From assembly GCF_050320235.1 (NCBI RefSeq), contig NZ_CP190349.1: DNA of 32,000 nucleotides, one strand, 5' to 3'. Under the pieces are notes generated by a model. It searched no databases. It was not told the origin of the DNA and was given only the letters and a program-made list of their open reading frames with translations. This DNA is from Escherichia coli. GTDB taxonomy: Bacteria; Pseudomonadota; Gammaproteobacteria; Enterobacterales; Enterobacteriaceae. Both the position numbers and the translations under genes were made by a program. Below are positions 28,001-32,000 of the stretch, in pieces; the first letter of the stretch is position 1; every line of letters begins with the position of its first letter.

Positions 28001-30859
28001 GATGGAGGAATAAGCCAACACAGCTCCGCTTTCGCGGATGGCATACGCATCGGATTGCTGCGCGCTACTCCATGTCGATAGTTTCAGCGTGGCGTAATGG
28101 CGATCGCCAGCAATCTTCGCGGTTCGGGTGGTGGTGTAAACGCCATCAGACTCTTCGCTCCAGTTACCCGTTTCATTTTTATCTGTACCGCTCACCTCGA
28201 CCACACTGCTACCCGCCAGCAGCGAAGCCATCCCTTTCACCAGGTTTTTCTGCTCATCCATAAGGGTAACTGACACTTTTATCTTGCCACCCGCGGTGTA
28301 TGACACATCGTCCGTCTTGATGGTGGAGGTCAGCTGCGAGATATCGCCAGTGATAAAGCTCACTTCCACAGACTGACTACTGCCATTGATCTCGGCCTTG
28401 ATAAGACTGTTTACCGCCTGGTCACTGGCAAGGTTAACGCTGGCAATCCCGTCTTTATCTGTCGTCACAATACCGCCATTTGGATCGGCAAAAACCGCCG
28501 CACCATTCACGACCGTGAAGGTAACATTTTGTCCCTGCAGTAAATTTTGATGCACATCCCTGACCGTCACAGCGACGGTATTGTGATCGCGTCTGGCAAC
28601 TGCGTTATTCGCGGTGATCTGCATCGCAGCGATTTTGGCGGTATCTTTATCACCCGCAATACTGAACGCATCCGAATGTTTGGTTTGCCAGCCGGGCATC
28701 GTCAGCTGGGCCGTTAATTTGTCGCCAATGAGATGGGCCGTATAGCTTGCTTTGTAAATTCCCTCACTTTCTTCCGTCCAGGCACTAACGTCATCAGCCT
28801 TCGTGTTGTCAACTTTAACGGTTTGTTTGAGAAGTTCTTTTCGTCCGGTAACCCCGTTGCCGTTATCATCTCTCAGGGTCACTTTAACGACTATCGGCTT
28901 ACCCGCGACGTAATTATCCTGGTCTGTCTCAATCGTGGAGTCAGCGCGGGATGCCGTATTCGCCACGATAGCAATCAGCGCTGGCGTCTTAGCGATATCG
29001 TCGCCGTTAAATTGCGGCATCAGCGATAACGCGCCAGACGTCTTCCCGGCGGTAACTATTTGGGTATAGGTTCCGTTACCGTTGTCTTTCCATTCGCTTA
29101 AGGCGAAATCCTGCAAACCTTTCACCTGTGTTTTTAACGTCATACCTGGGATTGGCTTGCCGCTGGAATCTCGCGCGGTATAGGTCAGCGTTGAGGTTGA
29201 TTTTCCATCAGCAAGCAGGATTTGCTGATCGACAGAAAGCGTTGAATCGGTGAGGCTTAGTGTGGGTTTTTCCACGACCACCATACTTTCTTCACGCCGG
29301 GAGAAATTTCCTTTCGAATCTTCCGCTGTAACCGCTATCGGGTAAGTGTTGTCGGTTTCAGGCATTGCCGTGAATCGGTAGGGAGGAATAGTGACCTGAA
29401 TATCCTTGCCGGAAACAGCTACTTTTCCGCCCGCTGATTGCAGGGAGGCGGCTTCAATGTCATAACCTTTCAGCGCATATTTGGTTTGCAAGGAAGAAAC
29501 CAGCGATTTAACCTCACCCGGCTTGCCTTTCAACGGATCGGTCAGCGTCAGCCGCACCAGCTCTTTCTTGCGATATTCGAGGACAATATTGTTATTACGA
29601 TCGACCAGGTCATAGCGACTGCCCACAAGGCTGCGTCGTGCTGCAACTTCAGCCGGATCGAGCTGTTTTTGCAGTGAATGGCCGGGTTGCAACGTCAACT
29701 CCATACCAATTCGGGTGTCGTTTTCTCCCTGTTTGCCCTGCCGTTGCTCGGCACTAAAGGAGATCAGGGGAACGGGGGTGTAACTCAAACCTGCGGTAAT
29801 CGCGTGAGGATCATTTTGTCGCTCGTCTTTACCAAACAGCGCCACTTCATCGCCATAATATTGTTCATAGACCAGCTTGCCGCCCAGCTGCGGCCAGGCC
29901 GGTAACCAGCCTTCGGCGCGAAGATCCCACCCGTTCGCCGGACGTGCTTCATAGTCATTGTCGAGTTCCGGTGCACTACGCCAGTTACTGAGGCGCAGAT
30001 AACCGTTGCCGCTCAGTTTCAGGTAATCGCGCCAGTATTCAACGCCCATCCCGGTTCGGGTGTGATAGCGGGTCAGGTCATGATCGATAAACATATTGAC
30101 GCCAGACATCCAGCTCGATGTGAAATAACGCCAGCCGATACCGTGGTTGGTTTGAGTGCGATCATCCGTACGGTGAAGTGTGTGCTGGCTGAAGACCAGG
30201 TTATCCGGCGTTTCGTACCAGGGATGGAGAAATTCAAATGACGAGCTTTTAAGGCTGAAATCTTCATCCACACCAAGAGATACCCGGGCAGTTCCCCAAC
30301 GACTGAGCCAGTCCGTTGCCTGCGCAGAGGCAGAAGAAGCCACCCAGCCACGCGCCATACTCGCCGCCTGTTCACTGTCCATATCGCGTGCTAAAAGTGT
30401 TCCGCTTTGCTGCGCCATTTCCGCGACCTGCATTTGCGGATCTTTGCCGTCGCGCTCCATCTGCATTGCTTTCAGGTTGCGCGCTTCAGGGCTATTACTG
30501 TTAATGAGGGGCACATCTATTTCATCGCCCTGACGCACATTGTCAAAGCCCCGCGCAAAGGTACGGAACTGATTCAGGCGACGTAATTCATCAACGGTGA
30601 TACCAAAGCGTGCCGCGACCGTTGGTGGCGATTCCAACGCACCCAGGGTATATGGAATAGTTTTAACGTTCGGCAGGATCAGTGACGCGGCAGTATCCGA
30701 GTGCGCAGAATTAATATGCGTAGGGGCAGCAGCCATAACAGGGAAAATAGTTTGTGTTATCAGGCAAATACCGGCGGTCAGACGACGTAAACGATCCCCC
30801 AATCCACATATGGTGTTATCGCCCCGACGATCGCCATTCCCATGCGCTTTCCCTGCCAT
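22058..30859 (-). CDS. air: Inverse autotransporter adhesin (intimin/invasin family) with extensive bacterial Ig-like repeats, Air-like
   Basis: 2933 aa. Signal region, LysM-like segment (YTLGALESPPTVAARFGITVDELRRLNQF), inverse-autotransporter beta-barrel (SSFEFLHPWYETPDNLVFSQHTLHRTDDRTQTNHGIGWRYF...), many Big_1-type domains, and a C-terminal lectin-like domain with two Cys (CSYGQ...GLCVEYY). Adjacent to eilA. Confidence 0.92.
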   Translation of the reverse strand: MAGKAHGNGDRRGDNTICGLGDRLRRLTAGICLITQTIFPVMAAAPTHINSAHSDTAASLILPNVKTIPYTLGALESPPTVAARFGITVDELRRLNQFRTFARGFDNVRQGDEIDVPLINSNSPEARNLKAMQMERDGKDPQMQVAEMAQQSGTLLARDMDSEQAASMARGWVASSASAQATDWLSRWGTARVSLGVDEDFSLKSSSFEFLHPWYETPDNLVFSQHTLHRTDDRTQTNHGIGWRYFTSSWMSGVNMFIDHDLTRYHTRTGMGVEYWRDYLKLSGNGYLRLSNWRSAPELDNDYEARPANGWDLRAEGWLPAWPQLGGKLVYEQYYGDEVALFGKDERQNDPHAITAGLSYTPVPLISFSAEQRQGKQGENDTRIGMELTLQPGHSLQKQLDPAEVAARRSLVGSRYDLVDRNNNIVLEYRKKELVRLTLTDPLKGKPGEVKSLVSSLQTKYALKGYDIEAASLQSAGGKVAVSGKDIQVTIPPYRFTAMPETDNTYPIAVTAEDSKGNFSRREESMVVVEKPTLSLTDSTLSVDQQILLADGKSTSTLTYTARDSSGKPIPGMTLKTQVKGLQDFALSEWKDNGNGTYTQIVTAGKTSGALSLMPQFNGDDIAKTPALIAIVANTASRADSTIETDQDNYVAGKPIVVKVTLRDDNGNGVTGRKELLKQTVKVDNTKADDVSAWTEESEGIYKASYTAHLIGDKLTAQLTMPGWQTKHSDAFSIAGDKDTAKIAAMQITANNAVARRDHNTVAVTVRDVHQNLLQGQNVTFTVVNGAAVFADPNGGIVTTDKDGIASVNLASDQAVNSLIKAEINGSSQSVEVSFITGDISQLTSTIKTDDVSYTAGGKIKVSVTLMDEQKNLVKGMASLLAGSSVVEVSGTDKNETGNWSEESDGVYTTTRTAKIAGDRHYATLKLSTWSSAQQSDAYAIRESGAVLAYSSIVTDKTAYTAGGAIKVTVTLKDSYENLVGGQRDAINLAIQLPNTKAESIAWNEDQKGIYTATYTALLPGTGLKAQLQMSGWANALTSNDYSISGDAASAQIVAMQVTTGNPDVLANGSDRHTVNVRVEDQFGNVLSEQTVTFTVTKGAAVFANAGQSADIRTDAHGMAEVDLSSTVADASTVEAKINQSSDSKTVNFVADVSTAQVAELVVTQDGSVADGSTANTLRARVTDVFGNALAGQTVSVLAGNGATTAPTVTTQPDGTVEISVTSQTAGTSVITASVNNSSQSRDVTFIADVRTAQIADLVVIKDGSEADGATANTLRARVTDAFGNALAGQTVSVLADNGATVAPVVTTQPDGTVEISVTSQTAGSSAVTVSINSSSQSRDVTFIADVRTAQIADLVVIKDDSVADGAMANMLRARVSDVFGNALAGQTVSVMADNGAAVASTMTTKPDGTVEISVTSQTAGISVVTASINNSSQSQNVTFVADVRTAKIADLVVSQDNAVADGSTANTLRARVTDAFGNTLAGQTVSVMAGNGATVAPTVITEPDGTAEISVTSQTAGVSAVTASINNSSQSRDVTFIADIRTAQIASLEVTQDNAVADGAMANTLQVRVTDANGNTLAGQAVSVMAGNGATVAPAVTTQPDGTVEIPVTSQTAGASAVTASINNSSLSRDVTFIADVRTAQIAELVVIKDGSAADGATANTLQARVTDAFGNALAGQTVSVLADNSATVAPAVITEPDGTVDISVTSQTAGISTVTATINNHSLSQSVMFIADVRTAQIADLVVIKDGSEADGATANTLRARVTDAFGNALAGQTVSVLADNGATVAPTVITGQDGTVEISVTSQTAGISTVTATINSSSQSQNVTFIADVRTAQIAELVVIKDGSAADGVMANMLRARVTDAFGNALAGQTVSVLAGNGATTAPTVTTQPDGTVEISVTSQTAGISAVTASINNSSQSRNVTFIADVRTAQIADLVVIKDGSEADGATANTLRARVTDAFGNALAGQTVSVTAGNGATVAPTVTTQPDGTAEISVTSQTAGVSAVTASINNSSQSRDVTFIADISTAQIADLVVIKDGSEADGATANTLRARVTDAFGNALAGQTVSVMAGNGATVAPAVTTQPDGTVEISVTSQTAGISAVTASINSSSQSRDVTFIADVRTAKIAELEVIRDNAVADGSTANTLQVKVTDANGNTLAGQTVSVLAGNSATVASTVTTKPDGTVEISVTSQTAGTSTVSASINNSSQSQNVTFVPGDASQLTSTVETNKSNYTVGETITITVTLRDAFDNLVTGAASQLAADGVLTVAGTDPSETGSWVESGGVYTTTRMATIASTNQHANLQLQTWSDGVTSDRYDIQSGSPAQATSTIATDKNAYTAGDTITVAVTLKDAHGNLVEGGESLLSGDNVTVEGAVRSGGWSETAGVYTATWSAQMAGDSHHATLKLSEWGSSKQSESYSIHSGAPVQANSAIRTDKSAYIAGEPLTVTITLRDEFGNPALGLTSEVIESYIDSFAVGGATPDSMRWVEQNNGEYTIVWTAWIAEENLVASLKLKTWAEEIKSSLYGIQPGAAAKTQSTIVADKTIYIAGDSITVTVVLKDAQGNFITDGVVQLNEENVQVRNADPIQGNNWVYNGNGQYQRQYMAHFAEANLNAQLKMAGWSDANYSNNYTIKPGEVSPLGSQLRIREVLVVEGADLPVSVLLVDDFGNPVDNGLDLLDDTVYLQNVEKKEGEKWRYVGDGIYERTYMAYQEGENLTSFMEIKGWRIYGQPSYTILPFVEVELLSVNGVKFRATDGFPETGFDGAKFTLLLTHNMKNTDYNWTAGIYGINVDSNGEVTLSVLIRSEVTITGKPKNGKGNDVVFKFKIKKWFTSLGATSSNTWDIINTSCSYGQMPSSLELAQRPSGGVVPRKVGTLWGEYGNLKTYGNAFSGTDYWTSTQLMGVHEKFNPETGISELGTGKSSGLCVEYY
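24209..27409 (-). repeat. Tandem array of 11 Ig-like modules, 291 bp (97 aa) each, inside air
   Basis: The 'gacatcggc'-type start (encoding ADV/ADI) recurs at positions ending 27409, 25954, 25081, 24790 and 24499 in exact multiples of 291. Eleven AD[VI][RS]TA[QK][IV]A units were counted in the protein. Confidence 0.95.
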
Positions 30860-31061
30860 TTGTCATCCCTGTCGCTATGCGTTCAGATTAAATGACCTTT
30901 CTTTAACATGAGGGAAAATGATGATTCATGATTAGCAAATGATGAATACAGGCGGAATAATGGAAATAACAACAAGATAAGAACAATACCTGATCAAGGG
31001 TTATCAGGGGGAAGAACAGGAGAGCTTTCCCGCCAGAGCAGTAACCCCTCCTGTAAATACG

Positions 31062-32000
31062 TTACTTCATTTTCACCTTTGCGGTGACCAATAACGCCGT
31101 CAGCAACATCAATGTGCCGGACAACATCAACGGCGAAGTCAGACCAATATTATCCAGCGCATAACCGCCGATTGCCGCGCCACAGGTATTAGCAAGCTGA
31201 ATAACCGCCACCTGAATAGACCCGGCTTTTTCTGCCTGATCGGCCAGTGAGCGGGTGATCCACGTTGACCAGCCGACAGGAACCAATGCAAAAGTTAGCC
31301 CCCAGATAATCGCCACGCCGGTAGCAACGATTTTATCGCTTCCCCACAACGTCAGCACCAACGCACTCACAGCCAGTATTAACGGCGCGCCTGCTAAGGC
31401 CAGTTTTACCGAACGTTTAAGAATGAACGACGAAAGCGACGTACCAATAAAGCTGGCGATACCAAAACTCAACAGCACCAGCGTTAAGCCATCCACGCCG
31501 AATCCCGCCAGGTTCATATACACCGGGCGAATATACGTGAAGAAAGCAAACTGCCCGGCGAAAGACATGAATATGGCGATCATCCCTGCCATCACACCCG
31601 GACGTTGTAATAAGCGGAAAGTATTTTGTTTCTGATGCGAGGGTTCGCCTGGCAGCGAAGGCAATGATTTGATAATCCAGAAAATACACAGCACGCCCAT
31701 CACCGCCGCCGCATTAAAGACATTGCGCCAACCGATAAGCTCGCCTAAAAAACTGCCCAACGGTGCGGCAATCACCAGCGCAATAGAAACCGCGCCGAAG
31801 ATCACCGACAGCGCCTTCGGCACCGTACGCGGCGGTACCAGACGCATGGTCAGCGACGCCGACATCGCCCAGAACCCACCCAGCGCCAGCCCCAGACAGG
31901 CACGACCGATTAAAAGCAAACTGAATGAGTTAGCAAAGGAAACCAGCAAGCAGGAGAGCGTCAGCAAAACGGCAAACAAAATAACAACATAGCGGCGGTC
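31062..32000 (-). CDS. nepI: Purine ribonucleoside efflux pump NepI (MFS), 5' end outside window
   Basis: MFS protein matching NepI/YicM ([27 protein letters not shown]...), stop TTA at 31062-31064. The frame stays open toward the window end. Confidence 0.9.
   Translation of the reverse strand, partial: DRRYVVILFAVLLTLSCLLVSFANSFSLLLIGRACLGLALGGFWAMSASLTMRLVPPRTVPKALSVIFGAVSIALVIAAPLGSFLGELIGWRNVFNAAAVMGVLCIFWIIKSLPSLPGEPSHQKQNTFRLLQRPGVMAGMIAIFMSFAGQFAFFTYIRPVYMNLAGFGVDGLTLVLLSFGIASFIGTSLSSFILKRSVKLALAGAPLILAVSALVLTLWGSDKIVATGVAIIWGLTFALVPVGWSTWITRSLADQAEKAGSIQVAVIQLANTCGAAIGGYALDNIGLTSPLMLSGTLMLLTALLVTAKVKMK

Overview
The window reads as an E. coli selC-yicS-nepI chromosomal segment with two mobile/virulence-associated insertions. 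(1) About 1-10.55 kb is a P4/phiR73-like satellite prophage. It has the 3' end of a tyrosine integrase, then a PHP + ABC/SMC-like ATPase gene (TrlF-like) as cargo between int and psu. Next come a 19-bp P2/P4 cos sequence, psu, a single-domain delta, sid, a putative Delta/Ogr box, ori1-like iterons, vis/alpA, an ash/Icd-like ORF, an epsilon-like ORF, orf151, cnr, the alpha primase-helicase, a crr-like duplicated iteron region, and a 13-bp match to the selC 3' end as candidate attR. A rhuM-like gene remnant follows. (2) Backbone genes setC, yicL, nlpA and yicS follow, and nepI (5' end outside the window) closes the window. (3) Between yicS and nepI is an AT-rich T3SS translocon cluster (eicA, a small unknown ORF, eipB, eipC, eipD, and the HilA-like regulator eilA). 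It is convergent with a 2933-aa inverse-autotransporter/Ig-repeat adhesin (air-like) carrying an exact 11 x 291-bp tandem array. The eip-eilA-air locus and P4-type satellites are known types. The most interesting points are the TrlF-like cargo where phiR73 carries a retron, the indel-free 11-unit array, and the uncharacterised 60-aa ORF inside the translocon operon. All names come from recalled family knowledge and motif reading; no database search was run.
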